Below, one piece after another: positions 21,046 to 30,482 of a stretch of DNA of 64,000 nucleotides. How positions within the stretch are numbered: the first letter of the stretch is position 1; every line of letters begins with the position of its first letter. Source of the stretch: an uncultured Methanocellaceae archaeon (GTDB lineage Archaea; Halobacteriota; UBA148); contig CAYZWV010000001.1 in the NCBI GenBank assembly GCA_964482255.1, positions 3,229-67,228 on the forward strand, in the 5' to 3' direction. Below the pieces are notes generated by a model, which was not told the origin of the DNA, did no database searches, and worked only from the letters and a program-made list of their open reading frames with translations. Made by a program: the position numbers and the translations under genes.

Positions 21046-21729
21046 ATGTCAGATAGAGGAAGCAAAAAGTTGAAAATAAAGGGTGGAGTGCTCTTGCTAG
21101 TGGCTATGTGTCTTTTTGTAGGAGCATTGGCAACGCCAGTAATGGCGGAAGAAATCAGCGTTACCAGAAGTTTTTCAACGATATCTCCGTCTCCAAATTC
21201 AGAGTTCGATGTTATGCTGACTATATCTGATCTTAATATCGGTGGCATCGTGGAAACTCTTCCAGAAAGGTTCTCCTATGTCAGCACGACGCACCCCTCG
21301 GATCAGGTCAGAATTTCAGGGCAAAAGATTGCATTTGCGGTGATAAACGAGACGGAGATAACGTACAAAGTGAAGGCGTCCTCTTCAGGCGAAGGTACTT
21401 TCACCGGTAAGTGGGTTGACCTGTTAGTGCTAAGTCCAGAATTAGAAGAGGGTAAAGAAAGGTGGGAGACGATAGCAGATGGTATGGTGATAGTGGAGGC
21501 GGCGGCAACACCTACGGCTGCAACACCTACGCATACAGTTGCAACGTCAACACCTACATTGGCAACTCCAAAGCCAGTAGCAGCTACTACACCTACATCT
21601 ACTCCAACGCCAGTATCTACCTCTGATGTGCCGGGCTTCGATGCGATTTTCGCAGTGGCATCATTGGTAATAGCGTTTTTGGTTATTTTTAGAAAGAAGG
21701 GGAAGGGAGGCAACACGAAAGATGTGTAA
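21046..21729 (+). CDS. Secreted surface protein with PGF-CTERM archaeosortase sorting signal
   Basis: Signal peptide (KIKGGVLLLVAMCLFVGALATPVMA). Thr/Pro-rich linker. C-terminal PGFDAIFAVASLVIAFLVIFRKKGK tripartite sorting signal. SD agaggagg lies before the ATG at 21046. Confidence 0.75.
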   Translation: MSDRGSKKLKIKGGVLLLVAMCLFVGALATPVMAEEISVTRSFSTISPSPNSEFDVMLTISDLNIGGIVETLPERFSYVSTTHPSDQVRISGQKIAFAVINETEITYKVKASSSGEGTFTGKWVDLLVLSPELEEGKERWETIADGMVIVEAAATPTAATPTHTVATSTPTLATPKPVAATTPTSTPTPVSTSDVPGFDAIFAVASLVIAFLVIFRKKGKGGNTKDV

Positions 21730-21835
21730 ACACGCCCCAAAGGAATGCACGCTAGAGCAGATAAAAGAGTGCCATGGCGAGATTAAAGTTGAAGACCACC
21801 CCTGCAGAGTGAAAATGGAAGATGATGCGGAATGA
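21722..21835 (+). CDS. Candidate 37-aa Cys4/His2 mini-protein (MCKHAPKECTLEQIKECHGEIKVEDHPCRVKMEDDAE)
   Basis: Its start overlaps the stop of the upstream gene, and its TGA overlaps the ATG of the downstream SBP gene (ATGA). GGGAGG lies 12 nt upstream. The four Cys are spaced like a small metal-binding knuckle. Confidence 0.35.
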   Translation: MCKHAPKECTLEQIKECHGEIKVEDHPCRVKMEDDAE

Positions 21836-23055
21836 GAAAGACATTATCCATTGTATTGGTAATATTGCTTCTTTCATCAGCAATTCCACTGGCATTCACG
21901 CCTGCGGCTGCATACGAAACGAAAATACCATGTGATGACGGAGACAATGTATTGACAAAGGATGAGCTTGTGAACGCAATCCTCCCATATATGCTTGATG
22001 AAGGTGAGTACTCATTGGATGAGATTGGAGATGCTGCTTATGTCTACGCGCATTGGGCTGGAAAGCCCAAGACGATTACCGATTCTGCCGATAGAGCGGT
22101 GACGATATACAGGCCAGTAGAGCGGATTGTTGTTCTTACCTACCCTGTTGCTGAAGCTATAAAAATAGTTAAAGCTGAAGATGGGGTGTGTGGGGTTTCA
22201 AGGGATATAGTGGGAAAGAAAACGTTCTTTCCAGAATTAAGCAAGTTGCCATCCGCTGGCGAGGCTTCTAGTCCTGACATAGAGAAGATCATCGAGTTGA
22301 ATCCAGATATAGTTTGCACGGGTAGATTGTTAGGAACTTCAGATGGGCTTGAAAAGAGTCTACCGGCTACAATTGCGCTTGTTCGATGGGACATGGGTCG
22401 ATTGGAAATGATGACGAGCAACATCGAGAAACTTGGATATGTCCTTGATACCGAAGAAGAAGCTGAACGGTTCTGTGATTTCTATCAGGGCTTCATAGAT
22501 GAAACAATTAAGGCAAGAGTAGCGAAAATTCCCGATGATGAACGGCAACGAGTATTTGTCGAGCATTTCAACGATTACCATGCTTTTGTTAAGGGTTCGG
22601 CAGGTCACGAGGTGTGTGAAGCGGCAGGCGGCATAAACATCGCTGCTGATTTAACGCACATGTCTGAAAGACCAATCGTTGAAGTAGATAAAGAGTGGCT
22701 AATAAATGAGAATCCTGATGTTATTGTCAAGACGGTGTTATGCAAACCCGGCATCTGTGGCTATGACGAAGATAACCATGAAAAAATGAAAAACCTAAGA
22801 GACGATATTATGAACCGCTCTGAATGGGAGAACATGACCGCAGTGAAAGCCAACCGAGTTTATCTCATTGATCAGGATCTTGTAGGCAGCACTGCCAACT
22901 TCATGAGTGCTACTTACATGGCAAGGTGGTTCTATCCCGAGCTCTTTACGGACCTCGACCCGAAAGCAATCCATCAAGAATACCTGAAACGGTTCCAGCG
23001 ATTGGACTACGATTTAGACGAGCACGACGTGTTCGTGTACCCGGAGGTGAAGTGA
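21832..23055 (+). CDS. ABC transporter substrate-binding protein (FecB/BtuF-like, metal-chelate type)
   Basis: Signal peptide plus class III periplasmic-binding-protein fold features, 407 aa. Followed by a permease and an ATPase. Confidence 0.82.
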   Translation: MRKTLSIVLVILLLSSAIPLAFTPAAAYETKIPCDDGDNVLTKDELVNAILPYMLDEGEYSLDEIGDAAYVYAHWAGKPKTITDSADRAVTIYRPVERIVVLTYPVAEAIKIVKAEDGVCGVSRDIVGKKTFFPELSKLPSAGEASSPDIEKIIELNPDIVCTGRLLGTSDGLEKSLPATIALVRWDMGRLEMMTSNIEKLGYVLDTEEEAERFCDFYQGFIDETIKARVAKIPDDERQRVFVEHFNDYHAFVKGSAGHEVCEAAGGINIAADLTHMSERPIVEVDKEWLINENPDVIVKTVLCKPGICGYDEDNHEKMKNLRDDIMNRSEWENMTAVKANRVYLIDQDLVGSTANFMSATYMARWFYPELFTDLDPKAIHQEYLKRFQRLDYDLDEHDVFVYPEVK

Positions 23056-23059
23056 TATT

Positions 23060-23617
23060 ATGCCTGTTGAAAGCAATGATGAGACTCGTCGAGAAAGTTA
23101 TGTCGTGAATCCCATAGGCTATGTCAAATCAAAATATCACCATTTTGATGATATACCACACCCTCATGGAAAAAAGGGATGGGGCGAAGATACTTCTGAA
23201 ATAATGCTTTATCCCGAACATGCTACAGGTTTAGAAGGTTTAAATGGTTACTCTCACATAATTGTCCTCTTTTGGATTCACAAAGCAGGCGAATGGAAGC
23301 TGCCGAAGCATAGCCATAAGCCCCCGCAAGTGAAAGTCTTTGCCACCAGGATGCCAGCCAGACCTAATCCTGTTGGTCTTTCGGTAGTGGAATTAATAAA
23401 TTTTTCACCTGAGAACGGACGGGTCTTGGTGAAAGGATTGGATGCCTTAGATGAAACCCCTATTCTGGATATAAAACCATATATTGTAGGTTTTGACAGT
23501 TATCCAGAAGCTACTTTGCCAGAATGGGTTGAGAAACATTTACGGGAACATCACCATGTTCGTGATAATCATAAGCATAGTCATCATAAACATAGTCATC
23601 ATGGAGCAGATAAATAA
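23060..23617 (+). CDS. TsaA/TrmO-like (YaeB family) protein with His-rich C-terminal tail
   Basis: YaeB/TsaA beta-barrel motifs (IGYVKS...HIIVLFWIH...RPNPVGLSVVEL). Tail HHHVRDNHKHSHHKHSHHGADK. Confidence 0.72.
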   Translation: MPVESNDETRRESYVVNPIGYVKSKYHHFDDIPHPHGKKGWGEDTSEIMLYPEHATGLEGLNGYSHIIVLFWIHKAGEWKLPKHSHKPPQVKVFATRMPARPNPVGLSVVELINFSPENGRVLVKGLDALDETPILDIKPYIVGFDSYPEATLPEWVEKHLREHHHVRDNHKHSHHKHSHHGADK

Positions 23618-23823
23618 ACTTGTCACAGAGGGTGTTTATGCATACTCAGAACCAAGTTGAGGCGAACATCATCGAGATCAAGACAAAGAGCGCGAAAATA
23701 AAAGAGCAATACGAAAAATATGAAAAGTTTATAGATAGAAGATATTTTATATCAAAAACGTGACGTGTATATAGCACAGAATATTATACTATTAAAAAAA
23801 TTAATGAAGAGAGATGGAAGAAG

Positions 23824-24921
23824 ATGCCATCAGGCACTGAGACTATAACCGAAACGAGCACTGAGACTATAACCGAAACGAGATCGGAAATAAAAGCAGA
23901 ATACAAGGAGTTTATCGGGCGTAAAATCATTTTTATTCTCTCTTCTTTCATCCTAATTTTTATTATCGCGGGAATAGCCGCAACGCTGGGCTCTTACCCT
24001 CTCACCGTCAAAGAGGTCTATTCAATAATATGGCATGGTCTATTTCAAAATGTCGAAACGACCAAAGAGATTGTCGTTTGGAACTTAAGATTACCACGAA
24101 TCATGATGGGGATTTTAGCCGGCATAGGACTCGCAATTGCAGGCACGATGATGCAAGGTATTTTAAGGAATCCACTTGCAAGCCCCACTACCTTGGGAAT
24201 CGCTACTGGTGCCGGATTTGGTGCTGCCCTTGCCATCCTTCTCGGTGCAGGTCTCATCGCTGGAAGGTATCTTATAATCGGAAATGCATTCCTCTTCTCT
24301 TTGATTCCAACTTTCATCATCCTCGGGCTGACACGCTACCGAAGAGCTACACCCGAAACAATGATTCTTGCTGGTATTGCATTATTCCACATTTTTTCCG
24401 CGGCAACGCAGCTATTAATGTATTTTGGTGAAGCAGAAGCGGTAAAAGAGGCTTATTTCTGGATGGTGGGAAGTCTTGGAAAATCTTCATGGGATAATTT
24501 ATTGCCTGTATCTATTGTGATTATGTCCTGTGTTCCTTTGCTCATGTGGAAGTCCTGGGATGTCAACGTCATGGGTGCTGGAGATGGGACTGCAAAAAGC
24601 CTCGGTGTAAATGTCGAGCGAACTAGAATCTTCATAATGGTGATTGCTTCTTTGCTAACTGCAGGAATCATCTGCTTTACTGGAGGCATAGGATTTATAG
24701 GATTAGTTGCCCCTCACATCTGCAGAATAACTATTGGAGGGGATAATAGATTTTTGATCCCTGCGTCGGGTCTTTTCGGTGCCGCACTTTTGCTTGGCGC
24801 AGATACCGTTGCAAGAACAATCATAGCACCCGTGATTCTTCCTGTGGGAATCTTGACTTACATCATGGGGGGACCTTTGTTCTTTTACTTGTTAGCAAGA
24901 AGAAGAAGGGAGTATTGGTGA
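23824..24921 (+). CDS. ABC transporter permease, FecCD/BtuC family
   Basis: About 9-10 TM segments plus FecCD signature. Confidence 0.88.
   Translation: MPSGTETITETSTETITETRSEIKAEYKEFIGRKIIFILSSFILIFIIAGIAATLGSYPLTVKEVYSIIWHGLFQNVETTKEIVVWNLRLPRIMMGILAGIGLAIAGTMMQGILRNPLASPTTLGIATGAGFGAALAILLGAGLIAGRYLIIGNAFLFSLIPTFIILGLTRYRRATPETMILAGIALFHIFSAATQLLMYFGEAEAVKEAYFWMVGSLGKSSWDNLLPVSIVIMSCVPLLMWKSWDVNVMGAGDGTAKSLGVNVERTRIFIMVIASLLTAGIICFTGGIGFIGLVAPHICRITIGGDNRFLIPASGLFGAALLLGADTVARTIIAPVILPVGILTYIMGGPLFFYLLARRRREYW
23842..23889. repeat. Near-perfect 24-nt tandem duplication at permease N-terminus (TETITETS/TETITETR)
   Basis: actgagactataaccgaaacgag repeated twice in tandem. Confidence 0.75.
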
Positions 24922-24938
24922 GGTGAAATAAGAACAAA

Positions 24939-25730
24939 ATGATGAAATTAAAAGTAAAAGATGTCGAGTTCAGCTATGTTAGTGTTCCCATAATCAAAGA
25001 GATATGTATAGAACTCGAAGCATCAGAAATTTTAGGGGTGGTAGGTCCAAATGGGGCTGGGAAATCTACGTTGATCAGATGCATCGACAGAATTTTGAAG
25101 CCTCAGCGCGGAACTATACTGTTGGATGAACAGGATATAAACGAGTTACGTCTATTGGAACTTGCGAAAAAAATAGGCTATATCCCGCAAAGTACTTCTC
25201 GGGTCTTCCCTACTATAGTATTCGACACTGTTCTCATGGGCCGACGTCCTCATATCGGCTGGCGAAGTAGTGAAAAAGACACTGAAAAGGTTTTAGAAGC
25301 ATTACGCTTGCTAAACATAGAAGACCTTGCCATGCGTGACATTAATGAACTCAGTGGTGGGCAACGACAGAAAGTGTTCATTGCACGCGCACTCACTCAG
25401 GAGCCAGAGGTCCTTTTGTTGGATGAACCTACCTCTAACCTTGACATCAGACATCAGCTTGAGGTAATGGATATAATAAAGAAAATCGTAAGAGAAAGGC
25501 AAATCTCGGCGATAATGGCTATCCACGACCTTAACTTAGCTTCAAGATACGCTGATAGAGTAATAATGATAAATAATGGTAAGATTTTTGCCGCGGGTAA
25601 TACTGTTTTGGTTCTCACACCAGATAACATAAAACAAGTTTACGGTGTGGAAGCAGAGGTGAGTAATGACAATGGAAGACCTCATATCGTGCCTATAAGA
25701 CCTATAAAAGAAAATGGAAAAGGAAAATAA
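24939..25730 (+). CDS. ABC transporter ATP-binding protein (FecE/BtuD-like)
   Basis: Walker A GPNGAGKST, LSGGQRQ signature, Walker B LLLDEPTS. Confidence 0.9.
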   Translation: MMKLKVKDVEFSYVSVPIIKEICIELEASEILGVVGPNGAGKSTLIRCIDRILKPQRGTILLDEQDINELRLLELAKKIGYIPQSTSRVFPTIVFDTVLMGRRPHIGWRSSEKDTEKVLEALRLLNIEDLAMRDINELSGGQRQKVFIARALTQEPEVLLLDEPTSNLDIRHQLEVMDIIKKIVRERQISAIMAIHDLNLASRYADRVIMINNGKIFAAGNTVLVLTPDNIKQVYGVEAEVSNDNGRPHIVPIRPIKENGKGK

Positions 25731-25931
25731 ATAGAGGAGTATAGATCAATAAAAGTTATCGAAAACAAATGGAATATGCGACAAAAACAGAGAATCTTAA
25801 AAAGAAGTTTAGAGATGTTACCAATCTTAACATCAATAATAACTGCTTTAACATCAAAAAATGGCATTATCTGACCCTCGAAAGTGTTATTTATTGCTAC
25901 GAGCTATATACGAATAAGCTAAGAGGATAGT

Positions 25932-26354
25932 ATGAAGAAGGACTTAATGCGAATCGGCGTATCGCTTCCGGCCAATTTGTTGGATAGATTTGATGAGATC
26001 ATAGCAGTGAGAGGGTACTCTTCCCGTTCGGAGGGTATCAGGGATTCAATCAGGAACTACATCATTGATTATGAGTGGATGAGCGAGCAAAAAGGAGATC
26101 GAGTTGGCACGATCACTCTCATCTTTGATCATAGCCAGAGAGGATTAGTGGACGAGCTTACTGACATAGAGCATGACTATTCAAAGCTTATAGAATCTTC
26201 GCTTCACGTTCATTTGGATGAGAAAAATTGCCTAGAGGTCATACTAGTGAGAGGTGAATCACAGGATGTCAAAAGTATTGTGGAGAAGATGATGGCATTG
26301 AAAGGTGTGAAGCATGTTAAGCTTACGACCACGAGTCCTGGAGAAGGTCTTTAG
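25932..26354 (+). CDS. nikR: Nickel-responsive regulator NikR
   Basis: Ribbon-helix-helix N-terminus (RIGVSLPANLLDRFDEIIAVRGYSSRSEGIRDSIR) plus a C-terminal metal-binding domain with conserved His and Cys. Confidence 0.85.
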   Translation: MKKDLMRIGVSLPANLLDRFDEIIAVRGYSSRSEGIRDSIRNYIIDYEWMSEQKGDRVGTITLIFDHSQRGLVDELTDIEHDYSKLIESSLHVHLDEKNCLEVILVRGESQDVKSIVEKMMALKGVKHVKLTTTSPGEGL

Positions 26355-26423
26355 TATTGATTTAGGTGAAGTAGTCTTGATCTAGATGAAGGCTTAATTG
26401 AAAAAGTCATAGAAGATTTTATA

Positions 26424-27509
26424 TCATTCATTGGTGGTAGACTCAACAGAAGCCTCATCTTCAACATCATCCTCTTTTCTAGCGCTCTTGCCGCCATAAT
26501 TCAGCTTTTTCCGATAGAAGCTTAGAGGATGTGATATCCAATCGCAAATTTGTTCTTTTCCAAAACAATTCCCATAGGTGGCCATCGTGGCACAAGTGGG
26601 TGCAGTGTAGGCCTTTCCAGAGGACCCTATGATGTGTTTAACCTGGTAACTGGTCTGTCCCTCATCGAAATCAGGCGAAACGCGATAGATATCGATTATC
26701 TCTTCCGCGCCCATTCCGATGTTTGCCAGAAAAGATGTTAGCGCGAAACGCGCAGAATGAGCTAAATTCTGACCAGCTTGAACTAGGGCCAGCATATGTT
26801 TAATGCAGGGTGGAAAGCACTCCGAATCGATCTCTCCAAAATCATCCGAGCCGAATTCTGCCTTTAATTCCTCTAAATGCTCTTTGATCTCTGCTATATG
26901 GGATGAAAATGCCTTCTTCAAGGATGGCGAGACATCTAGAGGAAGATAGCTTTTTATTCTGTCACCCATAGCCTCCTGAAGCAGCCTAGTAAAATCATTC
27001 TTTATTACAAGTACTTGTCCCGCCTCTAGGCGGCGATTCACCAGCTTCCACTTAGGATCATGCATCCTGGATGCAAATCTTAGATAATCTGCGAAATGAA
27101 TCCGGAAATCATATCTACCGACGAGCTCACATTGGATGTTGAATTCTCTTGCCAATTCTTCCAGAAATTTTGGCTCTTCATCTGCCATGTGAGAATGTGC
27201 CGCCTCTGCCTCCTTCAAAGCATATCGGCTGATGAGGTAACGGTCCTTAATACAAGATATAAAAATTCGGGCAACAGGATATGAAAACAACTCTTTCTCT
27301 ATGTCTATTTCTGTTGGAATTTTCTTATCGTCAAAAATATTTTTTATCTCTCCCTGGATTGCTTGTATCACTCTCTCTTTGGCTCTGGTAATGACAGCAT
27401 TGCCAAACTCGCCATCCAACAAACTCTCTATAGATTTGCCCGAACTCTTCACATAATCCGAAGCCCTAAGGGTAAAAGGGTAGTAAGCATCTTCTAATTT
27501 TATGTCCAT
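26424..27509 (-). CDS. priL: DNA primase large subunit PriL
   Basis: C-terminal Fe-S domain with FPPCIKHM...C...C. Placed upstream of PCNA in the same operon. Confidence 0.8.
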   Translation of the reverse strand: MDIKLEDAYYPFTLRASDYVKSSGKSIESLLDGEFGNAVITRAKERVIQAIQGEIKNIFDDKKIPTEIDIEKELFSYPVARIFISCIKDRYLISRYALKEAEAAHSHMADEEPKFLEELAREFNIQCELVGRYDFRIHFADYLRFASRMHDPKWKLVNRRLEAGQVLVIKNDFTRLLQEAMGDRIKSYLPLDVSPSLKKAFSSHIAEIKEHLEELKAEFGSDDFGEIDSECFPPCIKHMLALVQAGQNLAHSARFALTSFLANIGMGAEEIIDIYRVSPDFDEGQTSYQVKHIIGSSGKAYTAPTCATMATYGNCFGKEQICDWISHPLSFYRKKLNYGGKSARKEDDVEDEASVESTTNE

Positions 27510-27514
27510 AATTA

Positions 27515-28255
27515 TTATGACTCTATCCTAGGAGCGAGCAAGTATCCAACTTTGCCATTCCCATTAGCCACCATGAAATTGATCTTAATAGGGAAATCCT
27601 TACCCAAGTGAATCGTTATCTCATCTACCTTTTTTAATGCCTTGCTCATATCACTCAAATAGTCAAGTGAGAACAATGACCTCGCAGGACCAGATGCAGT
27701 TAGATCGATCAATTCGTCCCTTGTCAGCCCAAGCCTAACTTGATCGGTGTCGCCCTTAGCTTCCATGAAGAGAACGTCTCCGTCCACGCCCAAGACCATA
27801 TGATCGCTCACAGTCTCTGCTGCTTTGACAGCCCTTCTCAAATCATTTCCATTTAACGTAGCCTTTGCCGGCAGATCTAGGGAAGGTACTTTTGGCTCCT
27901 TTCTGATGGAAGAAGGATCAAGAAGTGAAAGCGTGTATGAAAGCCCCCCCATCGAAATCGCCAACTTGTGCGTCTTTTCATTTAATTCAAGCCCCACTTT
28001 ATCAGATCTATCAGCCATTCCTAAGACATTGGCAAGCTTAATCAGATCCAACCCTATCTCACCCTCTGTAGACTCATAAGAATCAAACGCATCAGAACTC
28101 AACTCAAAAGATACCATCGCAACATTTGCGGGGTCTACTGCCATGAGGCTTATTCCATTTGGACTTAGCTTAAACTTTGCCTCATCCACCAGAGTGGATA
28201 TCGCTTCTATCGAGTCCTTCAATATATCTGCATCTATAACTGCTTTGAATACCAT
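27515..28255 (-). CDS. pcn: DNA polymerase sliding clamp PCNA
   Basis: 246 aa with two-domain PCNA fold signature. Confidence 0.9.
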   Translation of the reverse strand: MVFKAVIDADILKDSIEAISTLVDEAKFKLSPNGISLMAVDPANVAMVSFELSSDAFDSYESTEGEIGLDLIKLANVLGMADRSDKVGLELNEKTHKLAISMGGLSYTLSLLDPSSIRKEPKVPSLDLPAKATLNGNDLRRAVKAAETVSDHMVLGVDGDVLFMEAKGDTDQVRLGLTRDELIDLTASGPARSLFSLDYLSDMSKALKKVDEITIHLGKDFPIKINFMVANGNGKVGYLLAPRIES

Positions 28256-28388
28256 TTTTCCACACCCGTCTAAAGATACAAACTTTTTAGCTTATAATCA
28301 TTTTGATAACAAAGAACGGTTACATCTTGCATAGATTATGGGACTGCTCAATCACGCTGTTCCAAGAGCAATATGTGTAGAGCTTTAA

Positions 28389-28694
28389 TTAGTTGTACTC
28401 TCTCCACGTCTTTTTGCATTTAGTACACTTAAAGAATCGAACTTCGCTCTCATCTGCAGAGCGCAGCTGTCGCAACCACCAATATGCTGTATCGTTACCA
28501 CACTCTGAGCAGCGCACGCTTGTTGTGGGTAATCCCACCTCCTCATCCTTCTCGAGTACTGTAATCTCTCTTTCTTGCCTAGGCTCCTTTGATATAAATC
28601 CACTTTCCCTTATCTTGAAATGTCCACATTTTCTGCATTTCAACATGTCATCGGATGGAAGCATGATGCTTCCACACTTTGGACAAAAATCCAT
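28389..28694 (-). CDS. tfs: Transcription factor S (TFIIS-like, RpoM paralogue)
   Basis: N- and C-terminal Zn ribbons (CPKCGSIM..CRKCGH; CSECGNDTAYWW...RSADE...FFKCTKC), including the acidic RSADE loop. Confidence 0.85.
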   Translation of the reverse strand: MDFCPKCGSIMLPSDDMLKCRKCGHFKIRESGFISKEPRQEREITVLEKDEEVGLPTTSVRCSECGNDTAYWWLRQLRSADESEVRFFKCTKCKKTWREYN

Positions 28695-29090
28695 TTATTC
28701 TATATACCTCTTTGAATCAACTATCATTTTTTCGTGATCAAAAGCGAGTTTTGGCAATTCCGAGATGTCAAACGGTTTAGTTTCACCTGCATCCGAGGCA
28801 GGAGCAAGCTTGCCATTTGCCTTCGCTTTTGTAAGATAGCATAAGGATACCACTCTGCCACGAGGGTCTCTTTCAGGATCGGAATATACGCCCACAAGTT
28901 TCAGAACCTCTATGTCGAGTCCAGTTTCTTCCTTCGCTTCTCGTATCAAAGCCTGTTCCACCGTTTCACCTTTTTCAACGAAGCCGCCTGGCAATGCATA
29001 ATAATTTTCATAGGGCGGGTTTTTTCGTTTAATCAAAACGATCTTTTTGTCGTATAGGATTATCGCATCGACTGCTAAATTATAGATCAT
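28695..29090 (-). CDS. NUDIX hydrolase
   Basis: Nudix box GGFVEKGETVEQALIREAKEETG. Confidence 0.82.
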   Translation of the reverse strand: MIYNLAVDAIILYDKKIVLIKRKNPPYENYYALPGGFVEKGETVEQALIREAKEETGLDIEVLKLVGVYSDPERDPRGRVVSLCYLTKAKANGKLAPASDAGETKPFDISELPKLAFDHEKMIVDSKRYIE

Positions 29091-29160
29091 GTTATCTCTC
29101 GTTAACTTTTATAAACGCCTATAACATAATTGAGTTCATGATTCATAACGGTGTTGCACA

Positions 29161-29910
29161 ATGATAATCCTATGGACCTCACTTATATTATTTCTAATAG
29201 CCCTCATTATGCCCAGAAATAAGAACATTATCGGCGCCTTTGGATGGATGTTTTTTGCGGCGCATTGGGCTATACAACCACTACATTACCTCGAAATTGC
29301 GGACTTTTTTAACGCGGTTCTGACGATTTTTGTGAGCTTGTTTTGCATTTGTATGGTATTTTTCAACTTCCGGTCACCTAAATCAGACACGCTACTCACG
29401 ATAACCTTCGCAGTGGTGATCGGTGGATTCTTTTATTTTCCATTCGCTGAAATGTCTTTGCTGAAGGGTTTCCTGATAAATACTGTAACTTTCCAGACGG
29501 TCTGGGGATTGAATTTTTTAGGCACTCCTGCCACTCAAATAGGGAGCAATATTCTTCTGAACGGATATAAAATTGAGATAATACTTGCCTGCACGGGAAT
29601 CGAAAGCATGGCATTGTTTACTGGGGTTACTTTTGCAGTTGATGCACCCCCCATACGAAGATTCAAGGCGTTTATGGCATCGGTTCCATTGATATACATT
29701 CTCAACATAATCAGAAACATGTTCGTCATGGCTGCATACGGATACCAATGGTTTGGTGAGCATAGTTTTTACATAGCACATCATGGCCTTGCTAAGATAG
29801 GGTCCACGATTGCACTATTTCTGATAGCTTATATCGTTTTTTTGATCTTACCAGAAGTTGTTGACATGATAGCAGATTTAACAAGGATGTTTAGGTTGGT
29901 TAGAGAATGA
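29161..29910 (+). CDS. artA: Archaeosortase A (ArtA, exosortase/archaeosortase family)
   Basis: Polytopic membrane protein with the conserved ILACTGIESMALF active-site Cys segment and a downstream Arg (IIRNMF). A PGF-CTERM substrate lies in the same window. Confidence 0.72.
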   Translation: MIILWTSLILFLIALIMPRNKNIIGAFGWMFFAAHWAIQPLHYLEIADFFNAVLTIFVSLFCICMVFFNFRSPKSDTLLTITFAVVIGGFFYFPFAEMSLLKGFLINTVTFQTVWGLNFLGTPATQIGSNILLNGYKIEIILACTGIESMALFTGVTFAVDAPPIRRFKAFMASVPLIYILNIIRNMFVMAAYGYQWFGEHSFYIAHHGLAKIGSTIALFLIAYIVFLILPEVVDMIADLTRMFRLVRE

Positions 29911-30482
29911 TAGCAAAGGGCTCTGTTGGTTGGATAGTGCCACCCTTGGTTTTGACCATGGGTGCCATGTTGCTTAAGCTATATCCGATCGCAATTTTTT
30001 GTGCTGCTCTGGTAGTTTTTTTTATGATATTCTTCAGGGATCCAGATCGAATACCAAAGGGAAAGGGGTTCTTATCTCCAGCCGATGGAGTGGTGATGCA
30101 TGCTGGGATCAAAGTGGCCATATTTATGAGGCTTCGTGATGTACATGTCAATAGGGCACCCCTGGCAGGCATCATCAAAAAGATCAAATATCTGAAGGGA
30201 GTGCATAGGCCTGCTTTCCTCGACACGCATCAAAACGAGCAAAACCATATCACGATCGAAACGAGACATGGAGATGTTAGCGTAGTCCAGATCGCAGGCA
30301 TTCTGGCGAGAAGAATTGTTTGCTATGTGCAAGAGGGGGATAAAGTGGAGGCGGGACAAAGGATTGGAACGATCTTATTCGGATCTAAAGTGGAAGTGAC
30401 CATCCCACCTGAGTACGATCTCATCGTCAAGCCAGGCGACAAGGTCAAAGCAGGAGAGTCTGTGATAGCGAGGGAGAGATGA
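29907..30482 (+). CDS. Archaetidylserine decarboxylase (PSD-like proenzyme)
   Basis: FFRDPDRIP...SPADG motif of phosphatidylserine decarboxylase-related proteins. 4-nt overlap with artA. Confidence 0.78.
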   Translation: MIAKGSVGWIVPPLVLTMGAMLLKLYPIAIFCAALVVFFMIFFRDPDRIPKGKGFLSPADGVVMHAGIKVAIFMRLRDVHVNRAPLAGIIKKIKYLKGVHRPAFLDTHQNEQNHITIETRHGDVSVVQIAGILARRIVCYVQEGDKVEAGQRIGTILFGSKVEVTIPPEYDLIVKPGDKVKAGESVIARER

